A model generated the notes under the pieces. It was given only the letters and a program-made list of their open reading frames with translations. It was not told where the DNA came from and made no database searches. This document shows, one piece after another, positions 1 through 10,000 of a stretch of DNA of 64,000 bases (positions within the stretch are counted from its first letter, which is position 1; each line of letters starts with the position of its first letter). The DNA lies in contig CAVYTU010000017.1 in assembly GCA_963771465.1 (NCBI GenBank), positions 992,001 to 1,056,000 of the forward strand. Reading direction: 5' to 3'. A program made the translations under genes and the position numbers. Source of the stretch: an uncultured delta proteobacterium (GTDB lineage: Bacteria; Desulfobacterota; Binatia; UBA9968).

Positions 1-1
1 A

Positions 2-919
2 ATCAAACAATGGATCGCCGCAGAAACAGCACAAGGCTTCGCCGTCGTGTCCAATCCTGAGTTCATGAAAGAAGGCGCGGCGGTGGAAGATTTCATGAAG
101 CCCGACCGCATCGTTTTGGGTAGCGACAACGCCGATGCCATCGAAGCGGTCAAAGAGTTGTACGAACCGTTTATGCGCACGGGTAATCCCATCTTGGCGA
201 TGGACAGCCGGAGCGCCGAGATGAGCAAGTACGCCGCCAACGCCATGCTTGCCACCAAGATCTCCTTTATCAATGAGGTGGCCCGGCTATGCGAAGATCT
301 CAACGCCGACATCGGCGAAGTGCGTCGGGCGATCAGCTTGGATCGGCGCATCGGTCCGCACTTTATTTTTCCCGGCGCCGGTTACGGCGGCTCATGTTTT
401 CCCAAAGACATCCGTGCGATGATCAGTATGGGCGGCGACGATCCCGACATGTTGTTACTCAAAGCGGTTGAGGCGGTAAACGAACGACAAAAAGGCTTGC
501 TAGTCGAAAAAATCAAGCGCCGCTTCGGCGCCAAGCTGTCCGGACACACCTTCGCCATTTGGGGCTTGGCGTTCAAGCCGCGCACCGACGACATGCGCGA
601 TGCGCCGTCGATCACCGTCATCGAAGCGCTGCTCGCGGCCGGCGCCAAGGTGCAGGCCTTCGACCCGGAGGCCACGGACGAAGCGCGCAAAATATTTGGC
701 GCGCGAATTGACTACGCTCAAAGAAGCTACGACGCGCTTAGCGGCGCATCCGCTTTATTGATTCTCACCGAATGGAACGAGTTTCGCCGGCCTGATTTTT
801 CGCGGGTCAAATCCCTGCTCAAACAGCCGGTGATCATCGACGGCCGAAACATTTACGATGCCGAGGATTTGCGCAAACTTGGATTTACCTACGAATCGAT
901 AGGAAGGAACCATGGCTAG
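2..919 (+). CDS. ugd: UDP-glucose 6-dehydrogenase (5'-truncated by window edge)
   Basis: Motifs [32 protein letters not shown] and [15 protein letters not shown]; the frame is open back to base 2. Confidence 0.95.
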   Translation: MKQWIAAETAQGFAVVSNPEFMKEGAAVEDFMKPDRIVLGSDNADAIEAVKELYEPFMRTGNPILAMDSRSAEMSKYAANAMLATKISFINEVARLCEDLNADIGEVRRAISLDRRIGPHFIFPGAGYGGSCFPKDIRAMISMGGDDPDMLLLKAVEAVNERQKGLLVEKIKRRFGAKLSGHTFAIWGLAFKPRTDDMRDAPSITVIEALLAAGAKVQAFDPEATDEARKIFGARIDYAQRSYDALSGASALLILTEWNEFRRPDFSRVKSLLKQPVIIDGRNIYDAEDLRKLGFTYESIGRNHG

Positions 920-1851
920 ATATTTAGTGACTGGCGGCGCGGGTTTTATCGGATCTCATCTGTGCGAGAGTTTCCTCAGCCAGGGGCATGAGGTGCTGTG
1001 CATGGATAATTATTCCACCGGGGCGAAGGATAATATCGCGCCGTTTCTAAAAAACCCGCGCTTTCGCTTCATCGATCATAACGTCAGCCGTTACATCGAA
1101 GTGCCCGAGCCGCTGGATTTCATTCTCCATTTCGCGTCGCCGGCGAGCCCTGTGGATTATTTAGAGCTGCCGATCCCCACGCTCAAAGTCGGCGCGTTGG
1201 GGACTCATAACACGTTGGGCCTCGCCAAGGCCAAGGACGCCGTGTTCTTGTTGGCATCGACTTCCGAGGTTTATGGCGATCCGCTGGTTCGGCCTCAGCC
1301 CGAAGATTACTGGGGCAACGTCAATCCCATCGGTCCGCGCGGTGTTTACGATGAAGCGAAGCGATTCGCCGAGGCGATGACGATGGCCTATCATCGCTAC
1401 CATGGTTTGAAAACTCGGATCGTCCGCATCTTCAATACCTATGGGCCGAGAATGCGGCTGCGCGATGGCCGCGTGGTGCCTAACTTTATCATGCAGGCGC
1501 TCAAAGGGGAGCCGCTGACGGTTTATGGCGAGGGACAGCAGACTAGAAGTTTTCAATATGTCGACGATCTCGTGGCTGGGCTCAATAAGTTGCTGCATGC
1601 GAATTATCACCTGCCGGTAAATATCGGCAATCCTGACGAGATGACCGTGTTGGAGTTCGCCAAAAAAATCATCGAACTGACCGGATTCGAAAAGCTCAAT
1701 TGTCTTTAAGCCGCTGCCGGAGGACGATCCCCAAGTTCGCCAACCCGATATTTCCAAGGCGCGAGCGATTCTCGGTTTTGAGCCGAAGGTAAAGCTTGAA
1801 GCGGGTCTAATCAAAACCATCGAATATTTCCGTTCAAAGTTAACGGGGTAA
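912..1851 (+). CDS. UDP-glucuronate decarboxylase / NAD-dependent epimerase-dehydratase; one-base frameshift near 1686
   Basis: [36 protein letters not shown]; the family C-terminus ([22 protein letters not shown]...TIEYFR) continues in the +1 frame to TAA at 1849-1851. Confidence 0.88.
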
Positions 1852-1853
1852 AA

Positions 1854-2780
1854 ATGAAAGTAGTCGTCACCGGAGGCGCCGGCTTTATCGCTTCGCATAT
1901 TGTCGACGCTTATTTGGCGCGCGGTCACGAGGTGCATGTCTTCGACGACTTCTCCACCGGTCAAAAAAACAATCTCAACGGCAGCGCGACGGTCCATAGG
2001 ATCGATATCGCCGATGGCAAAGTCGTCAAGCTGATCGAAGCATTGAAGCCGGATGCGCTGAGCCATCATGCGGCGCAGATGGATGTGCGCCATTCGGTGG
2101 CGGACCCGACTTTTGACGCGCGCGTCAATATACTTGGTTTTATTAATTTACTCGAAGGCTGCAAAAGCGCCGGCGTGAAAAGAGTGACCTTCGCTTCCTC
2201 CGGCGGCGCGGTGTACGGCGAACAGGAAGTATTTCCGGCCCCTGAAAGCCATCTTACCCAACCGGCGAGCCCCTACGGCGTGAGCAAGCGCGCCGGCGAG
2301 CTTTATCTGTCCTATTATCATCAAGCTTATGGACTTCCCTATATCGCCTTGCGTTACGCCAATGTTTACGGGCCGCGCCAGTCGGCCCACGGCGAAGCCG
2401 GCGTGGTGGCGATATTTTTATCGGTATTGCTTTCTGGCAAGACGCCGCTCATCAACGGCGACGGCAAGCAAACGCGCGACTACGTCTACGTTGACGATGT
2501 GGTGGCGGCGAACGTCGCCGCGCTGGAGTCGCCCTTTGTCGGCCCGATCAATATCGGCACCGGCGTCGAAACCGATGTGACAACGATCTTCGAGCATCTG
2601 CGCAAGGCGGTGGGTAGCGAAGTCAAAGCACAGCACGGGCCAGCTAAAGCCGGCGAGCAGCGGCGCAGCTGTTTGGACACGCGGCGCGCCGGTGACATAC
2701 TGGGCTGGCGGCCCCGGGTCGCACTGGTGGACGGCCTCAAGCGTACGGCGGACTTCTACCGCGCCAACCTGAACCGATGA
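1854..2780 (+). CDS. NAD-dependent epimerase, UDP-glucose 4-epimerase-like
   Basis: [33 protein letters not shown] (YxxxK), [10 protein letters not shown]. Confidence 0.9.
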   Translation: MKVVVTGGAGFIASHIVDAYLARGHEVHVFDDFSTGQKNNLNGSATVHRIDIADGKVVKLIEALKPDALSHHAAQMDVRHSVADPTFDARVNILGFINLLEGCKSAGVKRVTFASSGGAVYGEQEVFPAPESHLTQPASPYGVSKRAGELYLSYYHQAYGLPYIALRYANVYGPRQSAHGEAGVVAIFLSVLLSGKTPLINGDGKQTRDYVYVDDVVAANVAALESPFVGPINIGTGVETDVTTIFEHLRKAVGSEVKAQHGPAKAGEQRRSCLDTRRAGDILGWRPRVALVDGLKRTADFYRANLNR

Positions 2781-4570
2781 CTCTCGAGCATATCCGAAAT
2801 TTTTCCATCATCGCCCACATCGATCATGGCAAGTCGACATTGGCGGACCGGCTCCTGGAATTCACCGGCGCGGTGAGCGCGCGGGAAAAGACCGACCAGA
2901 TTCTCGACAGCATGGATCTCGAACGAGAGCGTGGAATTACCATCAAGGCGAGTCCGGTGTGTCTGCGCTACAAGGCCAAGGACGGCAAAGTATATAAGCT
3001 CAACTTGATCGACACGCCGGGCCACGTCGATTTCACCTACGAAGTTTCGCGCAGCTTAGCGGCGTGTGAAGGCGCTTTGTTAGTCGTCGACGCCGCCCAG
3101 GGCGTTGAAGCGCAGACCGTCGCCAACGTCCATATGGCGTTGGATCACAATTTAGAAATTCTCCCGGTCATCAACAAGATCGATTTGCCGAGCGCGGAGC
3201 CCGAACGGGTGAGAATGGAGATTGAAGACGTCATCGGCATCGATGCCTCCTACGCGATTCCCGCGAGTGCTAAAGAAGGCGTCGGCACGGAAGAAATTCT
3301 CGAAGGCATCATCCACCATTTTCCACCGCCCAAGGGCGACCCCGCCGGGCCGCTGCGCGCACTGATCATCGACAGTTGGTTCGATCCCTATCACGGCGCG
3401 GTGGTCATGCTCAGACTATTCGACGGCACGATGCAAAAGGGCACCAAGATTCGCATGATGTCGAGCGGGTTGGTGTTCGAAGTTCTGCGTCTGGGTGTCA
3501 ACTCTCCCGTGCCGGTGGAGGTTTCTGAGCTTCGGGCCGGCGAAGTCGGCTTTGTCATGGCCGGCATCAAGGAAGTCGGCGAGACCCAAATCGGCGACAC
3601 GATGACCACCGACGATCGGCCGGCGAGCGAGCCGCTGCCAGGTTTCAAGCCGATGAAGCCGATGGTCTTTAGCGGACTTTATCCAACCGATTCCGGCCAG
3701 TACCAGGCGCTGCGCGAAGCGTTGGAAAAACTCCGCCTCAACGATTCGTCGTTTACTTTCGACCCCGAGACATCGCAGGCACTCGGCTTTGGGTTCCGCT
3801 GCGGCTTTTTGGGTCTGCTGCACCTGGATATCATCCGCGAGCGGCTGGAGCGGGAGTTTTCGCTCAGCCTAATCACGACCGCGGCGACGGTTATTTATCG
3901 CGTCATAACGGTTACCGGTGAGACGTTGACGATCGATAATCCGGTGAAGCTCCCCAACGAAGGCGAGATCGAGCGCATCGAAGAGCCGGTGATCCAAGCG
4001 ACTTTGCACCTGCCGCAAGAATATCTCGGCTCGGTTTTGACACTTTGCCAGGAAAAAAGAGGCACGCAGAAAGAAATCAAATATCTCGGTCCGAAGCGCG
4101 CCCAGCTGATCTATGAATTGCCGCTCAACGAGATCGTCGCCGATTTTTATGATAAGCTTAAATCCGTCAGCCGCGGCTACGCTTCGATGGATTACGAGGC
4201 GATTGGCTACCGCGAGGCGGATCTGGTCAAGCTGGACGTGCGTATCAACGGCGAGATAGTCGATGCCATGTCGATGATCGTGCACCGAGAAAACGCTTAT
4301 TACCGCGGCCGCGAGTTGGTGCACACCATGCGCGGGTTGATCCCGCGGCAGATGTTCGAAGTGGTGATCCAAGCCGCCATCGGCAGCCGGATTATCTCGC
4401 GCGAGACGGTCAAAGCGTTACGCAAAGACGTGATCGCCAAATGTTACGGCGGTGATATCACCCGCAAGCGCAAACTGTTGGAACGTCAAAAAGAGGGTAA
4501 GAAACGCATGAAGCAAGTCGGCAAAGTGGAAATACCCCAGGAAGCGTTCCTAGCGGCGCTTAAAATTTAG
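2777..4570 (+). CDS. lepA: Translation elongation factor 4 (LepA)
   Basis: [29 protein letters not shown]-terminal [28 protein letters not shown]. Confidence 0.99.
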   Translation: MTLEHIRNFSIIAHIDHGKSTLADRLLEFTGAVSAREKTDQILDSMDLERERGITIKASPVCLRYKAKDGKVYKLNLIDTPGHVDFTYEVSRSLAACEGALLVVDAAQGVEAQTVANVHMALDHNLEILPVINKIDLPSAEPERVRMEIEDVIGIDASYAIPASAKEGVGTEEILEGIIHHFPPPKGDPAGPLRALIIDSWFDPYHGAVVMLRLFDGTMQKGTKIRMMSSGLVFEVLRLGVNSPVPVEVSELRAGEVGFVMAGIKEVGETQIGDTMTTDDRPASEPLPGFKPMKPMVFSGLYPTDSGQYQALREALEKLRLNDSSFTFDPETSQALGFGFRCGFLGLLHLDIIRERLEREFSLSLITTAATVIYRVITVTGETLTIDNPVKLPNEGEIERIEEPVIQATLHLPQEYLGSVLTLCQEKRGTQKEIKYLGPKRAQLIYELPLNEIVADFYDKLKSVSRGYASMDYEAIGYREADLVKLDVRINGEIVDAMSMIVHRENAYYRGRELVHTMRGLIPRQMFEVVIQAAIGSRIISRETVKALRKDVIAKCYGGDITRKRKLLERQKEGKKRMKQVGKVEIPQEAFLAALKI

Positions 4571-4584
4571 ACGAGGGGTTGCCA

Positions 4585-5253
4585 ATGGCGTTGGAAAAGG
4601 CGAATAAAGTGAAAGAGACAAACGTAATGGAAAGTTCGGCAACGATGAAGGCAAAATCGACTTTCCGCGAATACGCGGAAGCGATCATCATGGCGCTGGT
4701 TTTGGCGCTGTTTATCCGGACTTTCATAGTTCAAGCGTTCAAAATTCCTTCCGGTTCGATGATCCCGACTTTGGCCATCGGCGATCACATCCTGGTCAAT
4801 AAGCTATCCTACGGTGTGCGCATACCGTTTCTCGAACGCTATCTGCTCGATTACGCAGAACCCGCGCGCGGTGACGTGGTCGTGTTTATCTTTCCGGAGG
4901 ATCGATCCAAGGACTTCATCAAGCGCGTGATCGGGGTTGCCGGCGATACCGTCGAAGTTCGCGCCAAAAAAGTTTATATCAACGGCAAGCCCATCGATGA
5001 TCCCCACGCTTATTTCGCCGGCTACGATCCCCAAGCCGGCGGCGCCGGTAGCGGCGATGAATATGGGCCAAAGGTCGTGCCGGAGAATCATGTTTTTGTC
5101 ATGGGCGATAATCGTGACCGCAGTTACGATAGCCGCTTTTGGGGTTACGTGAGTCTCAACGACGTGCGCGGCAAGGCCTTCCTAATTTATTGGTCTTGGG
5201 ACGGCAATGATCGTTGGGTGCGTTGGGAGCGGCTCGGCAGCCTCATACGGTAA
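4585..5253 (+). CDS. lepB: Signal peptidase I
   Basis: IPSGSMIPTL (catalytic Ser), DFIKRVIG (Lys), MGDNRDRSYDSRFWG; canonical position after lepA; ATG 4585 follows GAGGGG. Confidence 0.97.
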   Translation: MALEKANKVKETNVMESSATMKAKSTFREYAEAIIMALVLALFIRTFIVQAFKIPSGSMIPTLAIGDHILVNKLSYGVRIPFLERYLLDYAEPARGDVVVFIFPEDRSKDFIKRVIGVAGDTVEVRAKKVYINGKPIDDPHAYFAGYDPQAGGAGSGDEYGPKVVPENHVFVMGDNRDRSYDSRFWGYVSLNDVRGKAFLIYWSWDGNDRWVRWERLGSLIR

Positions 5254-5360
5254 CTAGAAATCAGTTAGAGATTTTAGCTAGAGACGGTCGGCACGTTGGA
5301 GAGCTGGCAGGCACGGGAATATGCCTCTCTTCACAGCGTCAATTTTGAATAGAGGTGGCA

Positions 5361-5648
5361 ATGACCAAGAAAATGAAAATAATCCTGACCACGCTGTCGA
5401 GTCTGCTGCTGTTGCTCGTCGTCGTCAACATTTTCATCGGCCTTGGCAATCAGTCGATCCAAGCCGAGGTGGGCGAGCGCCAGCAGGTGATCGCCCAGAC
5501 GATGCAATTGGAAACGCTCCACCGCCAACTGATCAACGTATTAGCCAATCTCGCGCTCAAGACTAACGATGAACCGCTAAAAAAAGTGTTGTTATCCGCT
5601 GGAATCGATCTCGGCGGCGGGCCGGAAGGCGCACCGGGAAAGAAATGA
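5361..5648 (+). CDS. Small single-pass membrane protein, family A copy 1 (unknown function)
   Basis: GAGGTGG RBS; N-terminal hydrophobic helix then Gln-rich helical segment; clearly homologous to 6154-6444. Confidence 0.85.
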   Translation: MTKKMKIILTTLSSLLLLLVVVNIFIGLGNQSIQAEVGERQQVIAQTMQLETLHRQLINVLANLALKTNDEPLKKVLLSAGIDLGGGPEGAPGKK

Positions 5649-5654
5649 GGGCTC

Positions 5655-6068
5655 ATGGCTGAGGAAAATTTCGACACCAGGGATGATGGCGATGAAGCGT
5701 CGGCGCTTCATTCGGATCAACGGCCGATTTCGCACTTGCCATTCATCATTACGTTAGTCGCGTTGCTGCTGTATTTTGCGTTTCAGACCCTGTCGCTACT
5801 TACCGAACGGGCGAACCTTGGCTCGGTCAAGAGCAATCAAGACGGCGCGCTCCAGGAGGCGCAGAAAGTCCAGTCACAGTTTCGTTTGCTGGTTAGCAAA
5901 ACCGGCGAGCTCGCCGATCAGGGCCATGCCGGCGCCAAGATGATCATGGAAGGCTTGCAGCGCCAGGGCATCGGTTTCGCTCCGGAAACGAAGATGCCGG
6001 AAACCAAGACGCCGGCCAAAAGCGAACCTTCCGCCCCTGCAAAAAACGAATCTAAAGCGGCGAAGTAG
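5655..6068 (+). CDS. Small single-pass membrane protein, family B copy 1 (unknown function)
   Basis: GAGGG RBS; acidic N-tail, TM helix PFIITLVALLLYFAF, helical domain, Pro/Ala/Lys tail; homologous to 6451-6801. Confidence 0.85.
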   Translation: MAEENFDTRDDGDEASALHSDQRPISHLPFIITLVALLLYFAFQTLSLLTERANLGSVKSNQDGALQEAQKVQSQFRLLVSKTGELADQGHAGAKMIMEGLQRQGIGFAPETKMPETKTPAKSEPSAPAKNESKAAK

Positions 6069-6153
6069 TCCGAGGTTGTTTGGCGGTCGCAAATTTACCT
6101 AGCGAAATTATCCGGTAGCAACAACCTATTCAGTCGGCACGGTAGGTTAACTC

Positions 6154-6444
6154 ATGATCGGTCAACGGGGACTCAATCTGTTCAGTTTTCTGACGCTGAT
6201 ATTAGTATTCGTCAACATGTTTTTGCTGGTTGGCAATCAATCCTTACAGCGCAGTGTCACGGAGCGCCAGCAGTTCATTATGCAAAGTATCCAGGCGCAA
6301 ACGGGAGCGCGCGAGATCATCGCCGCGGTCGCCAATCTTGCGGTGCGGACCGACGACGAACAGCTAAAAGAGTTGCTGGCCAAACACGGCATCACGGTGT
6401 CGGTAAAATCCGCGCCGGCTGCCGCCGCGGTGAAGAGCAAATAA
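6154..6444 (+). CDS. Small single-pass membrane protein, family A copy 2
   Basis: Shares VN.F...GNQS.Q..V.ERQQ.I.Q and ANLA..T.DE.LK..L...GI with 5361-5648. Confidence 0.85.
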   Translation: MIGQRGLNLFSFLTLILVFVNMFLLVGNQSLQRSVTERQQFIMQSIQAQTGAREIIAAVANLAVRTDDEQLKELLAKHGITVSVKSAPAAAAVKSK

Positions 6445-6450
6445 GTCAGA

Positions 6451-6801
6451 ATGAGCGCGGATAACGTCGAAGATCGCGAACAAGCCGCAAGCGAAACTCA
6501 GCCGGTGCCGAGCGCGAACCTCGCGTTAACACTGGTCGTGTTGTCCTGGTGCGCCTGGACGGTATTCCAAACCGTACAGTTCGTGCGCGAGCGTAATCAT
6601 CTGACTCAGCTCAGAGCCAACCAAGAAACGCCCATTCAAGAAGCAACCAAAGTTAGAGCGCAGATCGAGGCCATCACCGCCGACACCGTCAAGCTCGCCG
6701 CAGCGGGCAACGTCGGCGCCCAACGCATCGTCCTCGAATTGCAAAAGCGCGGCTTCAAGCTCCCCGCCAATGCGAAGCCCGCGGCGCCGACAAAAAAATA
6801 G
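6451..6801 (+). CDS. Small single-pass membrane protein, family B copy 2
   Basis: Shares FQT.....ER..L.....NQ....QEA.KV..Q and LA..G..GA..I...LQ..G with 5655-6068. Confidence 0.85.
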   Translation: MSADNVEDREQAASETQPVPSANLALTLVVLSWCAWTVFQTVQFVRERNHLTQLRANQETPIQEATKVRAQIEAITADTVKLAAAGNVGAQRIVLELQKRGFKLPANAKPAAPTKK

Positions 6802-6888
6802 TGAAGCATAGCAATTCGCGTGACGGTATGCGGTGGACGTGAGTTAGCCATTCGTGAATTAACCCAATCAATTGTCATATTCATAGAC

Positions 6889-6918
6889 GTCGGGTTACGC
6901 TACGTCGACCCGAGCTAC
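6889..6918 (-). repeat. REP-like GTAG-hairpin
   Basis: Reverse complement reads GTAGCTCGGGTCGACGTAGCGTAACCCGAC: GTAG tetranucleotide followed by a TCGGGT/ACCCGA stem. Confidence 0.55.
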
Positions 6919-6949
6919 TGAAGTGTACACGGCTCGAGAATCCTTCTTA

Positions 6950-6978
6950 TTGACCCTCGCTGAAATTCCCTCTAGCTT
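6950..6978 (+). promoter_or_regulatory. Putative sigma70 promoter of lhr
   Basis: TTGACC-17 nt-TAGCTT, 30 nt upstream of the likely start. Confidence 0.45.
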
Positions 6979-7008
6979 GAACTTGTCTATGCATTGGGGA
7001 GATCAAGC

Positions 7009-10000
7009 TTGAACGATTTATTTCATCCCTTAGTTGAACGCTGGTTTTCTGAGCGCTTTCAGGAACCGACGCCGGCGCAAGCGCATGGCTGGGAATCGAT
7101 CGCTGCCGGAAAGTCTACTTTGATCGCGGCGCCGACTGGCTCTGGTAAGACATTAGCCGCATTTCTTTGGTCCATTGACCGCTTGATCAAACGCGCCCTC
7201 GACGGCGCGCTCGATGAGCGCACCAGCGTTGTCTACGTTTCGCCGCTAAAAGCGCTCGGCAACGATATCGCCAAAAACCTGCAAACGCCGCTGGCGGAAA
7301 TCTATCAGCTTGCCGGCCGCGAAGGTATTTTACTGCCGACGATCCGGGTGGCGGTGCGGTCGGGTGACACGCCGGCAGCGGAGCGCCAGACGATGGTGCG
7401 CCGGCCGCCGCATATTCTCATCACCACGCCCGAGTCGCTCTACATTCTTCTCACGTCCGTGCGTAGCCGCGAGTTTCTTCGTACCGCGGAGACACTGATT
7501 GTCGACGAGATCCATGCCACCGCTCAGGATAAGCGCGGCGCGCATTTGTCGTTGTCATTGGAAAGGCTCGATGCTTTAACAGGTAAGCGACTGCAACGCA
7601 TCGGTTTGAGCGCAACCCAGAAACCGATCGACGAGGTCGCGCGCCTGTTAGTCGGAAGTCGCTACGTTGCGGCAGATCGCACGCCGGACTGTGCGATCGT
7701 CGACGTCGGTCATCAGCGCGAAATGAAACTTCGCATCGAGGTGCCCGACGACGAACTCGGACCGATCATACGCCAGGATATCTGGGCCGCGGTGTACGAT
7801 AAACTTGTCGCTGAGATCAAAGCGCATCGGACGACGCTGATTTTCGTCAACACGCGCCGGTTGGTCGAACGGGTGTCGCACCAGCTAACCGAGCGGCTCG
7901 GCGAGGACAAGGTTGGCGCCCATCATGGCAGCCTATCGCGCAAGTCGCGGCTCGCGGTGGAAGAGAAACTCAAGTCCGGCGCGTACCCGGTCGTCGTCGC
8001 GACCGCTTCCCTAGAACTGGGCATCGATATCGGTCACGTCGACGTGGTTTGCCACATCGGTTCGCCGCGCAATTTGGCCGTGCTGCTCCAGCGGGTCGGC
8101 CGCTCCGGCCACTGGCACGGCGCCATTCCCAAAGGGATACTTTTCCCCTTGACGCGCGATGATCTGCTCCAGTCAGTCGCCGCGATTCGTGCTGTGCGCC
8201 AGGGTGAATTGGACAAGCTCATCGTGGTCAAACAGCCGCGCGATATTCTCGCTCAACAAATGGTGGCGACGGTGGCGAGCTGGGATTCAGGCGCAAACAT
8301 TCCGGTGCGGCAAGGCCACGGGCGAAGCCGATTCGCAATCGCAGAATTGACCGCAAAGAGCGCCAAGAAGAGCGAAGATGAGGGAATTAGTGAAGAGGCT
8401 TTGTGGCAGCTCATGCGCGGCGCGTATCCGTACGAGAATCTCTCGCGCGAAGAATTTGACCAGATTCTTGAGATGCTTTGTGAAGGCGTCGAGACGCGGC
8501 GCAGCCGGCGCAGCGCTTTCATTCACCGCGATCGCATCAACGGCATGCTCCGGCCGCGGCGCGGCGCGCGCTTGACGGCGATTACCAACGGCGGCGCGAT
8601 TCCCGACACGGCGGATTATCAGGTGATCGAATTTCCGAGCGAGACCTTCGTCGGCACGGTGCATGAAGACTTCGCCATCGAGAGCCTGGCGGGGGATATT
8701 TTTCTGCTCGGCAACCGTTCCTGGCGCATTCGCCGTGTCGCTTCGGGCAAGGTATGGGTGGAAGACGCCAAGGGACTGCCGCCGACCATTCCATTCTGGA
8801 TGGGAGAGGCGCCGGCGCGAACCTTTGAACTTTCCAAGGCGGTGGGAGAGTTGCGAGTCGCCGTGGCCGAAAAGCTCACAGACAGATGCGCCGCGGCTCA
8901 GTGGCTCATCGACCAAGTGGCGATGGCGCCGGCGGCAGCCGAGCAGATCGTTGGCTATGTCGCCGATACGATCGCCGTGCTTGGCACAGTGCCGTCGCAA
9001 GGGAAACTCATCGCCGAGCGTTTCTTCGACGAAGCCGGCGGTCAGCAATTGATTCTCCATTCGCCGTGGGGCGGGCGGATCAATCGAGCTTGGGGTTTAG
9101 CGCTGCGCAAGCGTTTCTGCGTCAGCTTCGACCGGGAGTTGCAAGCGGCGGCGACCGACGATGGCATTTGTATTTCTCTGGTCGAGCAACATTCGTTTCC
9201 GCTAAACGACGTCTTCGCCATGCTCAAGCCGGCCATGGTCGAAGACCATCTGACTCAAGCGGCGCTTGATTCGCCGATGTTTACTAACCGCTGGCGCTGG
9301 AATGCGACCCGCGCTCTGGCGCTGATGCGCTTCAGCGGCGGCAAGAAAGTACCCGTCGCACTTCAGCGCATGCGCGCCGAGGATTTGCTCGCCGCGGTAT
9401 TTCCCGAGCAGGTGATGTGTCAGGACAATCGCACTGGGCCGGTGGAGCTGCCTGATCATCCGCTGGTCAAAGAAACCATCGGCGATTGCTTGCACGAAGC
9501 GATGGATATCGATGGCCTCACCGACATTCTTACCCGCATCGAGAACGGCGAGATCGAAACTCTCGCCATCGATACGCCGTCGCCGTCGCCCATGGCCCAT
9601 GAAATTCTCAATGCCAATCCCTACGCCTTTCTCGATGACGCGCCGTTGGAAGAACGGCGCGCCCGCGCCGTGTCGCTCAGGCGGGTCGATCCTTGGCTCG
9701 GACGGGAGTTCGGTCAACTCGATGTCGCGGCGATCGCGGCGGTCTGCAAACAAGCGTGGCCGGAAGTGCGCAACGCCGATGAGCTGCATGATTTTCTCCT
9801 GGGTGTCTGTTTGCTGCCGGTCGCGCTGCGTCCGGATTGGCGTCCACTGGCCGAGCAATTAATCGACAATCGCCGCGCCACTATCGCTAGTTGGCAAGCC
9901 GCGAATGGCGCGGCAGGCGCCTACGTCGCCGCTGAACGAAGCGATCTGGTGCGTGTGGCCGTGTCAAATATTGCTTTAACGCCGCCGGTGGAACTGCCTC

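Noticed and set aside
1161-2093. Long antisense ORFs (for example 1161-2093, 8287-9060, 22531-23331, 24872-25648, 32689-33414)
   Set aside because: Shadow frames of well-supported genes in GC-rich DNA; no recognisable motifs.
5287-5324. Sigma54 promoter before the A-B module (GGCACG motifs; GTCGGCACG also precedes A2 near 6133)
   Set aside because: GG-to-GC spacing is 11 rather than 10 nt and there is no TTGC; the shared 9-mer is too short to call a site.
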